A stretch of 64,000 nt of DNA from Macrostomum lignano (Eukaryota), in the NCBI GenBank assembly GCA_002269645.1, contig NIVC01001163.1, forward strand, positions 124,001 to 188,000, in the 5' to 3' direction. Positions 16,336-29,130 of the stretch are shown here, one piece after another (the first letter of the stretch is position 1; the number at the start of each line of letters is the position of its first letter). The notes below the pieces were generated by a model. The model saw nothing but the letters and a program-made list of their open reading frames with translations, made no database searches and was not told the origin of the DNA. The translations under genes were made by a program, and so were the position numbers.

Positions 16336-18152
16336 ATATAGATAAAATTAGAATTATCAACATGACCTATAGACTTGAATGATAGCAGCTATTTCAATAA
16401 GCTGCCAGGGGATAAGCTAGAAATTATTGACATGGATCCATGTGGATAAAATTGGAACTAGGTCTATTGACATGGGACTATGAGGATAAGCACTTTCTTA
16501 TACATTGGCCAAGAAAAAGCTTGAATTCTTGAACTGAACAATTAAATTATTAAATTGAATGCCTAATAAAAGCATTATAAAATATCATTTTTCAAATATT
16601 TGACCTACTTTGAATTAAAATTCTTTATCAAAAAGTTCTTTATGATTGCCAAAGAATTATAATTTTTCAAAGTTAATTTAAAATAGGCCTAGCTAGATAA
16701 TTTTCAGAAAATCAAAGACATAGATAGTGACAAACAGCACAAAATTAAATATATAGATCTGCTCAAATTCTACTAAAAAATATGTAAAAAATTTGAGAGA
16801 TTTTGAGTCTTTTTGACTAACTATAGTATTAGTAGGCCCTATTATTATAGGCCTATAGATAGATACCACCAATAGACCATTTTTAGTAATACCAATAGTT
16901 TCATTTTTAGCTTTTACCTTGAAACTTTATCAAAAGAACAATAAATATATTTTTTATTGAATGGGTTAGGTTTTATTTCCATAGAATTAAATATACTAAT
17001 GAAACATCAACATGAAAGCAATAGGCCTAATCACTCAAAATAGGGGGGCCTAGTGATGTTTTGGATTGGGTGCCAACCCCAATGCAATACATTGCATATG
17101 CTGATATGCATATAATCTATAATGTTATACACACAATTCTTTGTTTAATATTTTTGGTCTACAAAAGGGAACTGGTTACTTCGGTGACAGGTTGGTTACT
17201 TCGGTGACAAGAGTATGGTGCGTACATTGTTTAAAGAACTAACTTATAAAGTCCGACCGAATTCGAAATCTCGATTGAAAATGAAACGCAATTCAATTTT
17301 GCGCCAAAAGAGGCATTGTTAAACGATTATTAAGCACTCAAAGGCCAAAAGGCATACAATGCTTCAGTTTCCATAACCACGTAGTGCCACCCGTTGAAGG
17401 TGCCGCCGGCGTCTGGATGACGACCGAATGCTTAAGAGACTAGCTGCATTATGATTACCTAGCAGTTGAGGATTGCCATACAACTCGACAAGCTTGAGAC
17501 GTAAGGCTCGATCCAGTCCGGAGGGGCTGGGGACTTGATTTTTGTTTGAGGAGAAGGTACGAAATGAAAAGTAAGCTTCATGTTCTTGAATTTCATTTGC
17601 CTGCGTTGCTCCTCCGTTCCGGTGCAGCAAAAATTGTCAGAAAGAGACTTCCCTTTAATTATAACATGTAGTATAGTTCGACGCCATCAACGGGCGGAAA
17701 ATGGCTTGCATTGGTACATGCATGTACTGTACATGTATTCCAACTGATTTATTAGTAGAAAATCCAAACAAATTAAGTTACCAAAGAAAATTTATTGAAA
17801 ATTGTAAGTCAAATTTCAATGAAAACAAGAATATAGTAAAAAAGTGTTGTGTATGCGGCTTGCACGCCGCCTAGAGGATCTTCTTGCGTTCTGATTGGCT
17901 GGGGTTTGTCTGTCTGCCCAGACCGGCCTAGGCCGGGTGGGGGGTTTGATGTTTGCTGAATCATGCTGGTTAGTAGTTTAACTATAAATAAGTAAGTGCG
18001 CACCGACCTTCCAAGCCTTTGTGACTTTTTCTACACTACAATTGCTTCTCGCATCAATTATTCATTTGGCCACGCTGCCTCAATGTACAACAGTAAGTGC
18101 GAGCGTATATTACATTTTCTGTCACAACTGTCATGCAATGATGGACTTGACT

Positions 18153-18329
18153 CAGTAGCGGATTTAGAGGGGGGTGGGCGCACAGGGCGCGCCCCGTTGA
18201 GTTTGATTTTTTGATTTTTTATATGGAAAATACACATTATCATATGTACATATACTTGTACATGATATGAATATATATGTAGCTTAGTAGTCTGCGCCCC
18301 CCGTTCAAAATTTTCTGGATCCCCTACTG
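18153..18329. mobile_element. 177-bp MITE with 8-bp TSD (hAT-type TSD length)
   Basis: Exact acttgact at 18145-18152 and 18330-18337. Termini cagtagcggat and atcccctactg are imperfect inverted repeats. Confidence 0.82.
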
Positions 18330-18772
18330 ACTTGACTCTGGATGTATACATGTACATGCTTACATCTTGTTGTTGTTTATCATCCAATCAAGGACGACAA
18401 CTTGATGCAACTTAATTGATGCCATCATTGCCTATATTTACATGTAACTGCCACTGTAATGGGCCAAGGACCACTTTAGCATATAACAGCGTATCTTTTA
18501 TCTCCACGGTGTATTTTTTCCAGGAAATTGGCCTCCAAAAATTACACGATCTTTGACTTTTATCTTACATCCTGTTATACTACTTTTAAATTGAACGGTA
18601 TTATACACACAATATGTTTTCAATAATGTTTTTATCAAAGACATGCAATAATCAACTCAAGAACTACTAGCAGTATCGCTGATAGCAGCACATATATATT
18701 GCTGCGATGGTGATATGGATTTTAACTATGAACTATTACGCATGCGATTGAACTATCTATGGTCATAATTCT

Positions 18773-19145
18773 GCTTCTTCATATTCGGGTCACGGACATT
18801 GTAGCTAGACGTAGCTAATAGGACCGGGTGCCTAGCACCATGCAGCCGGGGCGCTGACTCCGCGCGGGCGGACAGTAGACGACGGAATCCAATTTGCGGC
18901 CTGCGGCGGGTGGCCAGAGAGCGTGGGGACCCGAGTCCCGGTGCGCAGGGCTCCTCCGCAGACCGACTTACGCTGTAAAAACCGCCATCCACCGCCAACC
19001 CAGCAGTAGGGGACAACTCTCCCAGGCGGCATTACCCGGAGGTGAGACCAATTCGTCACCCCGTCGGTGACAGGGACGCACGAAGCTCCTGCCACATTGG
19101 TGGGGTATCCAGGGGCGCGACGTGGACGCTGGTCTCATGCCACCC
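18773..19145 (-). mobile_element. 373-bp SINE/SIDE-like retro-insertion with 14-bp TSD
   Basis: atggtcataattct at 18759-18772 and 19146-19159 brackets a GC-rich block in AT-rich DNA. The 3' end reads ...atgaagaagc. Confidence 0.85.
19044..19145 (-). ncRNA. HDV-like self-cleaving ribozyme at the 5' end of the SINE-like element
   Basis: P1 GGGUGGC/GCCCCU (U4 bulged, G1-U wobble); P2 GAGACCA/UGGUCUC (7/7); P3 GCG/CGC; L3 UCCACGU; P1.1 CC/GG; P4 UACCCC/GGGGUG; J4/2 ACGAA with candidate catalytic C at 19055. Confidence 0.8.
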
Positions 19146-19208
19146 ATGGTCATAATTCTCGAAGACCCAGCAGTTACTAAAGAGCTGGGAGCACGAGGGA
19201 AAATGGAA

Positions 19209-19300
19209 TCCATATACTAAAAATAAAAATCTTGTTTGTTTGTTTGTACGAAATCAATTATCTCCCAAAAGGCTCAACCGATTTTGTTCGAATTTGCACT
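19209..19300 (+). mobile_element. Possible Helitron-like 5' end fragment
   Basis: a|TCcatatactaaaaataaaaatcttgtttgtttgtttgt...atctcccaaaaggctcaaccgatttt resembles animal Helitron 5' termini. No matching 3' hairpin/CTAG was found. Confidence 0.35.
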
Positions 19301-19704
19301 GTTTGTTCGAGCGGAGCGAGACAAGGGCTCCTACGATAACGAACTATTTCCGCTCCTTTTTGTTAACACAAATATACGATCAGACGGAACGAACTGTCTT
19401 ACCAATATACATCACGTGGTCCTTGAATCAATAAAGAGATAAAGAGATTAGCGTAAAACAATTTTGGTTGTTCACATTGCATTGTTCCTCATTATAATTG
19501 GAATTTTTTAGAATTGGCTCGGGACCCATGAGAATGATGCCACTAAATTATGCAAAATGAGCATGCAATGCACATGTACATTACATGTCAATGACTACGC
19601 TCGTACTTAGAAAGAACGATGGAATACATGTAAGTCCTCCTTAGTACATGTACATATTATGAAGGTGATAGAAAAGCTTCGTACATGTCACGACTTAGTG
19701 TGAC

Positions 19705-19990
19705 TGCGGGCCAGAGGAGGGGAGAGAGGAGAAGGAATAGAGAATAGCAGAGACGAAAGATAAAAGATAGGAAAAAAGAGGCGAGCGCGAGAAGAGAGGA
19801 GACGAGAGGTTAGAAGAAATGGGAGAGAAGAGAGGAGAGAGGTTAGATGAAATAGAAGAGGAGAAAGGAGAGAAGGGGGAGAAGAGAGGAGAGGTTAGAT
19901 GAAATAGGAGAGGAGAAAAAGAGAAGGGAGAGGAGAGAGGAACGAAGAGAGGAGAGAGGTTAGAAGAGAAGAGAATGAGCGGAAGAGAGA
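19705..19990. repeat. Purine-rich (GA) low-complexity tract
   Basis: Nearly pyrimidine-free gagagga/agaga tract. Confidence 0.85.
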
Positions 19991-20775
19991 AGAGAGAAGA
20001 GACACAAACCTTTAAGGGGCCGGATTGCTATTGTGAAATTTCAATGGAGCCAAAGAGAGTTTTAAAGAGAGGCTTTGCTGGGGCCTGCTGGAGTCTGCCG
20101 ACCCGCGGCTTGGTGCTTCAATTAAGTGACAGCGGGGCATTTCTGCAAAAAAATCAACGCGTTTAGGCACGTTCTCTTCGCCAAGATGTAGCGGATACAA
20201 GTTGTTTGATCACGAAACTTGTAAATCAAATTTGATTCCTTTGTACATTGGTTATGCGATTTGGTGGCTCAGTTAGTGGCAGTGTAAATGAGCCTTTTGC
20301 AAAGCTTTCTGATACGCACACGGGGCTTAGGCAACATTGTGAGTATGCGTTACTGCAGCGCAACATAACATGCATGTGCGATCTTTGCGCCTTCTATATC
20401 TAAACCAGAAAATCCTTGCGTCAAGACTTATAGAATGCATCATAGTTGGCTATTCTTGCCAGAATTTTTTCTTTCATCTCAAAGAAGCAAAGGAAGCGGC
20501 AAGACTAACTACACGAAATAAATAGCGCCTGCTCAGCAAGCCTACAAAGTGACTGCCGTTTTGGGCCCATCTGGTTTGCAGCAGCTTTCCAGCGCTTATT
20601 TTCTGTTAAATTTGGCTGATAATTGCTTGGGGGACAGCGGACACAAAAAACACTACCGTTGCTGCTCAGAAATATGCTCTCCGCGGATAGAATAAGCAGT
20701 CTTTGATCGACTATTTATCCGTGCAGATTTTGTTTGATTTCTGCCATTCGCAGCTTTTTTCCAGCGAGCTATAAT

Positions 20776-22375
20776 GGGTCTACGACGTTTGCCTGCCGGA
20801 CGTTTGCCAGCCGACGTTTGCCTGCCGGACGTTTGCCAGCCGACGTTTGCCTGCCGGACGTTTGCCAGCCGACGTTTGCCTGCCGGACGTTTGCCAGCCG
20901 ACGTTTGCCAGCCGACGTTTGCCAGCCGACGTTTGCTTTCCGGACGTTTGCCAGCCGACGTTTGCCTGCCGGACGTTTGCCAGCCGACGTTTGCCTGCCG
21001 GACGTTTGCCAGCCGACGTTTCCCTGCGGGACGTTTGCCAGCCGGACATTTGCAGGCGGCAATTGGTTAAGGAAGTACGCCCTCTCTAGGCTTACATGTA
21101 CTTGCATTTGAAAACTGTGGACATAGCACTAATCAAATTTCACCTCGCTCCCTACTACTGCTATTAAATATACAGGTTACTAACAAACTACTGTTCAGGC
21201 TTGTTGAAGTTATTGCTCTTGTCTGCCTAAATATAAAGGTAAAAATACAAAATAGGAGTTTCCATCGTCACAGTTGATGTCTATGTATGCCATGGAACGC
21301 CCCTTTCCATCTCAGTGGCCAAACAAGCTAAGTGTTTACAAGCTAAATGGGAAAAGACTGAGACATCCATAATGGTATTGGCTTAGTCTCGCCTATATAT
21401 ACTTAACTCAAAAACCAAACTCTGCTTAACGGAGTTTGGCCATGATAGCGTGCACTTGACAAGCTGCATTGGAATTAATTCGCTTAATTTTGGATCTCCC
21501 AATAAACTGGGAAATATATAAGCCAGAATTATCGTTCAGCAGGTCTTTTATTTGCCCAAAACTTGACTCGCTGGAGATTCCCGATTAAATTTGCGTGTCT
21601 TCATTCGCAAATCAAGAATCAAACATCTCAAACTGGGAAATATATAAGCCAGAATTATCGTTCAGCAGGTCTTTTATTTGCCCAAAACTTGGCTCGCTGG
21701 AGATTCCCGTTTAAATTTGCGTGTCTTCATTCGCAAATCAAGAATCAAACATCTCAAACTGGGAAATATATAAGCCAGAATTATCGTTCAACAGGTCTTT
21801 TATTTGCCCAAAACTTGGCTCGCTGGAGATTCCCGATTAAATTTGCGTGTCTTCATTCGCAAATCAAAAATCTAACGTCTCAAACTGGGAAAAGCGATAC
21901 AAAACTGTCAGAAGTAAACTTTATAATATTTTTACATTCAAAGGAATTGTTGTTAAACTAGGATACTAGATTGATGAACTGCATAATTTGTATAGATTTT
22001 GTTTTCGAACTTCTATACATGCGAATAACCGTCAAAAAGTTGGACTGAAAAACCGGGTTTTTTTCAACCCGCTAAACTGCGAATATTTCAGTATCAATTT
22101 TTTCACTCACTGACTTAATTTTGGCTGGCAAAGGTCAGCTGGCAAACATCGGCTGGCAAACGTCGGCTGGCAAACGTCCCGCAGGCAAACGTCGGCTGGC
22201 AAACGTCCCACAGGCAAACGTCGGCTGGCAAACGTCCCGCAGGTAAACGTCGGCTGGCAAACGTCCCGCAGGTAAACGTCGGCTGGCAAACGTCCCACAG
22301 GCAAACGTCGGCTGGCAAACGTCCGGCAGGCAAACGTCGGCTGGCAAACGTCCGGCAGGCAAACGTCGCTATCCC
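20776..22375. mobile_element. Foldback-type non-autonomous DNA transposon with inverted subterminal arrays
   Basis: (gacgtttgcctgccggacgtttgccagcc)n at 20783-21050 is mirrored by its reverse complement at 22125-22368. Termini are ggg.../...ccc with AT on both flanks. Confidence 0.75.
21504..21892. repeat. 126-bp tandem repeat, about 3 copies, internal to the foldback element
   Basis: aaactgggaaa recurs at 21504, 21630, 21756 and 21882. Confidence 0.93.
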
Positions 22376-23557
22376 ATAGACATCGCTTTGAGATGTGTTT
22401 TAGCTGTATTTGCCGTGGGTTACTGCGACTCAAATAATGGACAGTTGAATGAGTGCTTACGATCGAGCGTATAAAATACCTGTAACTACGGTTAAAAAGC
22501 TATAGTCTTTGTCATGTAATCTGTAAGTACGGTAATGGATAAATCAGTAGTACAGTGCATGGATTATCGCTCTGTGTTGTGCTTGGTTTCATAAATTGAA
22601 AGCAATATGGGGAGTCGGAATGATCAGTCAGTTAGGTACAAATGAACCTGTTTCTTAGGATAGGTAAAATTAATTGACACCATCCATGAACTGCTCATTC
22701 GTAAGAGATATTGCGATGAGGACCTATTTGAATTGATCAAAACTATTGACATCTGCGGATATGAAGACAAGCTGAACCTGTTAATAAAGGCGCTGTACAT
22801 TAAAGTGCACCGCTATTGGGGCATAGCAGGCCGTCTACTCAGTGTAGCTCGGAGTTGGCCGTTCGTTCCTTATGCTTTTCTTTGTTGATATAAATAGCAT
22901 TTATCTACCTTATCATGGTAGAGCGAGCCGCAGTTCCTGAACCAGCACTGCGGCTTAGAATGAAAGAGTCCAGTTACTTGCAGTAATGCAGTTACTTAAG
23001 TCCAAACGGCATCCTCCGTCTGATTTTCCTCTTTTTCCGTTGCTGCTTTTTATTGCCCCGCTTCTTCGACCCGCCGCCAGCTTGGTTGGCTGACGCGGTT
23101 GCGGTGGCAGCTGCTGCGTGAGCGGCTGCGGCCAACCGCCTGTGAATCTGTGAGTCCACCAGAGCGCCTGTGAAGGCCCGGCCTCGCCAGGTCACGGTGA
23201 CAACCAGGGGCAACCGCTGTCGCCACGCTGAGCATCCAGCCAGATTACGCCTTGCAGATGCACTCGGGTGCCAGGAGGCCGCGGAGTCGCTTCGTCGTGG
23301 ATTTCTGCCGGCTCGTCTGGGAGGCTGGAGCTGGTTGGTGTGGCGTCCTGTTGCGGATTGACGCTGTCGACACAAATACTTCTTGACTGCTGCTGCCACT
23401 GTTCGTTTTGCACCGTCTGGAAATATTTTGGGGTTTGAAAAGCCTACAGGTTATTGCAGTGCACTGAATTTGGGTCAGAACGAGCGCATCACTCTACTTA
23501 TAGGACTGGGAAGATTAGATTGCTCGAAAGGACCACTAGAAGTAACGCTAACTTCTA

Positions 23558-23753
23558 CCTTAGTGCGTCCAAAAAGTTCTTAGACACCCCTCCTATCTCT
23601 GCATCCGTTTAATCGATTTTTATAAAAATTTACACAAACCCGGGCTTATATCTAATGAGTTCAGTGCTAAAGTTTCAGCTTAATCGGGTTGACAGAGCAA
23701 AAGCAATCGATCATTTACTAAGGGTGTCTAAGAACTTTTTGGACGCACTAAGG
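23558..23753. mobile_element. 196-bp Tc1/mariner-type MITE in the paralog intron
   Basis: Perfect 32-bp TIR ccttagtgcgtccaaaaagttcttagacaccc with TA on both sides. Confidence 0.9.
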
Positions 23754-23817
23754 TAGTGGTATTTGAAATTTCTACTGTTGAAGTTCTATAAACACTAGAG
23801 ATTCAAAGTGGAGTATG

Positions 23818-24165
23818 GAAGTAGATACCCAGTGTGTGGGCGGGAAGTAGATACCCAGTGAGCAGTGTGTGGGCGGGAAGTAGATACCCAGTGAGCAGTG
23901 TGTGGGCGGGAAGTAGATACCCAGTGAGCAGTGTGTGGGCGGGAAGTAGATACCCAGTGAGCAGTGTGTGGGCGGGAAGTAGATACCCAGTGAGCAGTGT
24001 GTGGGCGGGAAGTAGATACCCAGTGAGCAGTGTGTGGGCGGGTAGTAGATACCCAGTGAGCAGTGTGTGGGCGGGTAGTAGATACCCAGTGAGCAGTGTG
24101 TGGGCGGGAAGTAGATACCCAGTGAGCAGTGTGTGGGCGGGGATTTTAGATGCCCAGTGAGCAGA
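23818..24165. repeat. 33-bp minisatellite, about 10 copies, in the paralog intron
   Basis: (agtagatacccagtgagcagtgtgtgggcggga)n. Confidence 0.95.
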
Positions 24166-26346
24166 GGAGTAGAATTGGGACCTGTACCCAATTCCCTATA
24201 AGGTCCGGCATGTCGCAGTCCAGCGCGGGAGTCATAATTAATTACCTCGGAAGTTTCCCCAGGACAGCCGCACGCGTCCACTCCGTGGCCACTTCCTCCG
24301 CGTCCTTCACCGCCGCTATCATCATGGCCGGCGACCTTGAACTCGTGCTGATTGTCGAAAATCGATAAAAGGGATTTTCGAATTCGTATCTTCAACGGCA
24401 TGCCGCGGCTTCAGTTCGGAGATTCTAGCAAATCTGGCAACGAGTCCTGGTGGGGATGGTGAAGAGCTGGGGTTAGCCTGTTTAATTCCTGCCTGGCCTC
24501 TGGCTGTGACAATCCTAGAAAAGAGGGGTTTGAGAGAGCAAGACAGACAGCTACGAGCAGGGAAGGTGCGGTGAATCATACATAGCCCAGGATGGGGCAG
24601 AAAAGCCACGCCAAGATCGAACCAATAGCGGATGGATTTGAGAAAGAGGCCTGAACTAGCAAACATCCCTCACCCCGCTCAGGACAGAAGAGTTGAGCTG
24701 AGAACATGAAGTGTGGAAAAAATAACTGGGTGCAGAGCCAGCCAGCATCTGATGGGGAGGAGCAAAATATGCATGCAACAGAGCGCAATAGCAAATTTAA
24801 GTCAGTTACTTCTTTTCAGCCACCGCAGGAGGGACCACAGTTTGTATTTTCACTCCGATTGTTCGTCAGAATAAACACACAGGCTGCATCTTCTCCCGAT
24901 AAGAAGGAAACAATCTTGGAAACAATACTATGTTACTAACATCGAGAGCATGCCCTCTTAGTGCTTGGAAATTTATTGGCGTTGTTTGGTTCGGCCTATT
25001 TATAGAATTGTCTGTTTCTGGACAGTGTGACGTCAGTTTCTATTTTTAGGCACCCATTTAATCAATAGACGGCAATCAATTCGTTGATAACACCACAGTG
25101 GAGCGCTTTAACAAATTAGAGAATTCTACTTTGGGATATGCAGTTTATAGAATATAAAGTCCCGACTCAGCTTAACTGATTTTTTAAAAACTGATTAAAT
25201 ACAAAAGCCGCATTTCCTACTTATAAGTAGTGCTGAGCAAACGTTTCGAACAGATAATTTGCTTGTATTATGCCGATTATTTCAAACAATTCGCTGGCAT
25301 AAATATTTTACAATGAAATGCATTCGATCAGTAACCAATTTCTGAGCCGGGTGCCCCAGGGAAGCGACCCCGTTCAGTAGCGCAAGGAAGTCAGTGTTGG
25401 CGGCGCGGGCTGAAGAGCTGCATCGAGAGCAATCAAGTGAATCCCTGGAGGCTTTTGTAGGCCAGCAGCGCTCGATCCACCGCATGCAGCATTGACCCGG
25501 ATTCGTAATATTACGAGTCTCCCATATCCTCTGATGAATCGCGTCGTATTTTAGCGAATACCCGCGAGCCTGTTGCGTAACACCAGCCCACCAAACAGCA
25601 TCTCCGCAATCTCCCGGCCGCTCGCTCATTCATGTTCACTCAGTCACTCTTCACTCCCACCTCTTCATTCATGTTCACTCAGTCACTCTTTACTCCCGTC
25701 TCTTCATTCGTGTTCACTCAGTCACTCTTTACAAATTCATTCTTCCTATCCTACCAGTTTCTATCAATCACTCCATACGCGATTTCCTACGTTTCCACTT
25801 GTAGTTTGTAATCATAATTTATTTCGTCAATAAAACGCAGGCGATGTTTTGCTTCCCTGGTTTTTCGTTCTTCCTTGTATCAAGTAGGGCTTCAAGCACC
25901 GGCATGGGGTGCCTGCCGGTCTTACAGAGGCCACACAGGGCGGCCTGCAGCCATGCAATGAGGCGCTGCACTCGCTATTCGACCGGCATAGGGATCCCGG
26001 ACAGGGAAGGGGGCAAAGTGGGGAGAATCCGGGAGGGGAAGACAGACTTGGGAGGTTGGGGCGAGTATGGCGGAGGAGAGCGAAGGATTGGAGGAGCTTA
26101 TCTACCCGTTCCGCAGCAGATGCCGAGGTGCTCGGAGGGCGCTGGTTGAGGCCGCTGAAAGCAGATCGCTAGAATGTCTTTAAATGATGAAGCCGGGTTC
26201 CATCCACTCGGATTTCGATGACGAGGCCCTGCATTTGCCAGTGAGGTCAGCAACTGATTTTTCTCTCAGCGAGCATCTGAGTCGAATTTGATATCCTGAA
26301 AATGATTAGGAATCGGCGTAGTGACTGACAACTTGAGCAGAAAGAA

Positions 26347-27037
<691 letters not shown>

Positions 27038-27769
27038 AAAATAATGAGTGACACCCGTAATGATCACAAGAAGCCCCGTCAAAGCTCTGAGAGTGCTGCA
27101 CTCATCGCGAACAAGCACCCATAAGCAGTGGCGAATGAGTTAAATAAGCAGAAAAGAGGATAAAAGACTCTTGCGTTTTCCCGTTTCCACCCACCTCCGC
27201 TGCTCCCTATTCCCCTGAACTGATTCGCAGATCCTCTTGCATCCTCTCGGCCTATTTTTCACCGAGAGACCCGCAACAGTCTGGGGATAATCAATCTTAG
27301 TTACCGGGGCAGTCCCCGCTTCCCTGCTTTCGGACCCTGAGCTGCCCCTCTTTTTCCCCTTGCTCCCCTCGCCCCAATCTCCCCACCATCCCCTCCGCGT
27401 CCCTCACCCCGTCAGGGCCTTCCGCTTCCTTCTCTTTTCGTTCGCGGCCTTCTCATTAATACGCATGGCCTGTCTTCAACTCCCCTCCATCCCCGGACCC
27501 CCGCTGTGCCGCGCTGCTCTGAGAGAGCCGCCAACCCCAACCGGACCCTGCTGGAGTCGGCTTGAGAAACTTTCTCCATCCCCCCCCCCAATTGCCGACG
27601 CTCCGTCTCTTTTATTCTGTCCGATTTTTGTCTTCTTGCGTCTCTCGCCGTCTCAGTGATATCACCGCCTCTCTGTCTGCGGCTACTTTCATCTCTCTCA
27701 TCTCACCGATTCTTTAATTTCTAGGCGTCTCCTTCTCTCGCGTTCTCTCCTTTTACAACTTTGTTTCCT

Positions 27770-28250
27770 ACTCTACTTCTCTTTACTTCTACTCTACTTC
27801 TCTCTCCCTCTACTCTACTTCCCTCTCTCCCTCTGCTCTACTTCTCTCTCCCTCTACTCTACTTCCCTCTCTCCCTCTGCTCTACTTCTCTCTCCCTCAA
27901 CTTTTTCCTTTCCCACACTCCACTCCCCTTTTCTCTCCCTCTACTCTACTTCTCTCTCCCTCTACTCTACTTCTCTCTCCCTCTACTCTACTTCTCTCTC
28001 CCTCTACTCTACTTCTCTCTCCCTCTACTCTACTTCTCTCTCCCTCTACTCTACTTCTCTCTCCCTCTACTCTACTTCTCTCTCCCTCTACTCTACTTCT
28101 CTCTCCCCCTATTCTACTTCTCTCTCCCTCTGCTCTACTTCTCTCTCCCCCTACTCTACTTTTCTCCCCGTCTACTTTTCCTTTCCCACCCTCCATTCCC
28201 CTTCTCTCTCCCTGTACTCCCTTTTTCTCTCCCTCTACTCTCCCTGTCTT
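27770..28250. repeat. Pyrimidine-rich 21-bp array (tctactctacttctctctccc)n
   Basis: SLPLLYF periodicity. Confidence 0.92.
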
Positions 28251-28849
28251 CTACAATTCGAACTAAATTTCGCGCCTCAATACAACAGTTGCAATGCAGG
28301 TAACCTGTGCTGTGTCTTACAATGCCTACGATTTACAAAAAATACAAATTTCAGCGGCAGAAATCTATTAGCACAGCCTGGCAAACCGCCCCTGATCCCC
28401 ACTTGGTGTTTTCCACAGTTGTTCCCTAATAGCGCCCCAATAACCTGCCTCTCTGTCCCGCGCCAACCCCGCCTCGCTTCTTTAAACACCGGAAGAAAAG
28501 GGAGCCCGTTCGCTTTGGGGGGGGGGTTGGCGATTCTTTTAGTAATGGAAGAGAGGAACTGGAAAACGGAGTGATCCCCATGCTGCCCATGAACCGTAAT
28601 CTTAGCCTGATCCCTATCGCTCTTTCAAGCCAGCCAGTTCCTAACCCAGCCCGCCCTCCAACTCTTTAATCCACTTTGCATTCAGCAGCAGACCTGGCTC
28701 TCCCATATGGCTGGCAGAAACTCCACCCCAACTCCCCTCTCAGCTGATAGGCAATACCAAAATACTGGGCACAACTGGGCTTGTGGGAGTCCATCTGCTG
28801 TCCTATAGACGCGTGTCAATAAGTGTGCTGCAACCGCTACAACTGTTTT

Positions 28850-29070
28850 GCATCCTAACACCCTCACACCCTCACATCCTAACACCCTCACATCCTCGCA
28901 TCCTAACACCCTCACATCCTCACATCCTAACACCCTCACACCCTCACATCCTAACACCCTCACATCCTCGCATCCTAACACCCTCACATCCTCACATCCT
29001 AACACCCTCACACCCTCACATCCTCACATCCTAACACCCTCACATCCTCACATCCTCACATCCTAACACA
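28850..29070. repeat. (catcctaacaccctca)-type minisatellite
   Basis: Visible tandem array. Confidence 0.9.
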
Positions 29071-29130
29071 CTCTATACATTAATTGTAGCATTCTAATCT
29101 ATAAATATTTCTATTAGGTATTAGTTCCTA

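Larger units (their letters stand above)
22992..24401 (-). pseudogene. Truncated ZNF608/scribbler-like paralog; exons 24401-24246 and 23416-22992, with a 1-nt frameshift in the G4 run at 23207-23210
   Basis: Exon 1 MPLKIRIRKS...TSE|GTAATT joins tttccAG|TVQNEQ in phase 0. PGTRVHLQGVIWLDAQRGDSG then shifts frame to PLVVTVTWRGRAFTGALVD, matching [37 protein letters not shown] of the main gene. Confidence 0.72.

Noticed and set aside
17166-17205. Duplicated ggttacttcggtgaca motif resembling a transposon terminus
   Set aside because: No inverted partner found in the window.
17856-17876. Hairpin gcggc-ttgcac-gccgc followed by CTAG, like a Helitron 3' end
   Set aside because: The hairpin abuts CTAG with no spacer and no matching upstream 5' end was identified.
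25330-25380. RVPQGS, resembling the RT motif GVPQGS
   Set aside because: No flanking RT motifs in any frame; likely chance.
25531-25570. CUGAUGA hammerhead core candidate
   Set aside because: The stem II candidate is followed by GAAU rather than GAAA, and no stems I or III were found.
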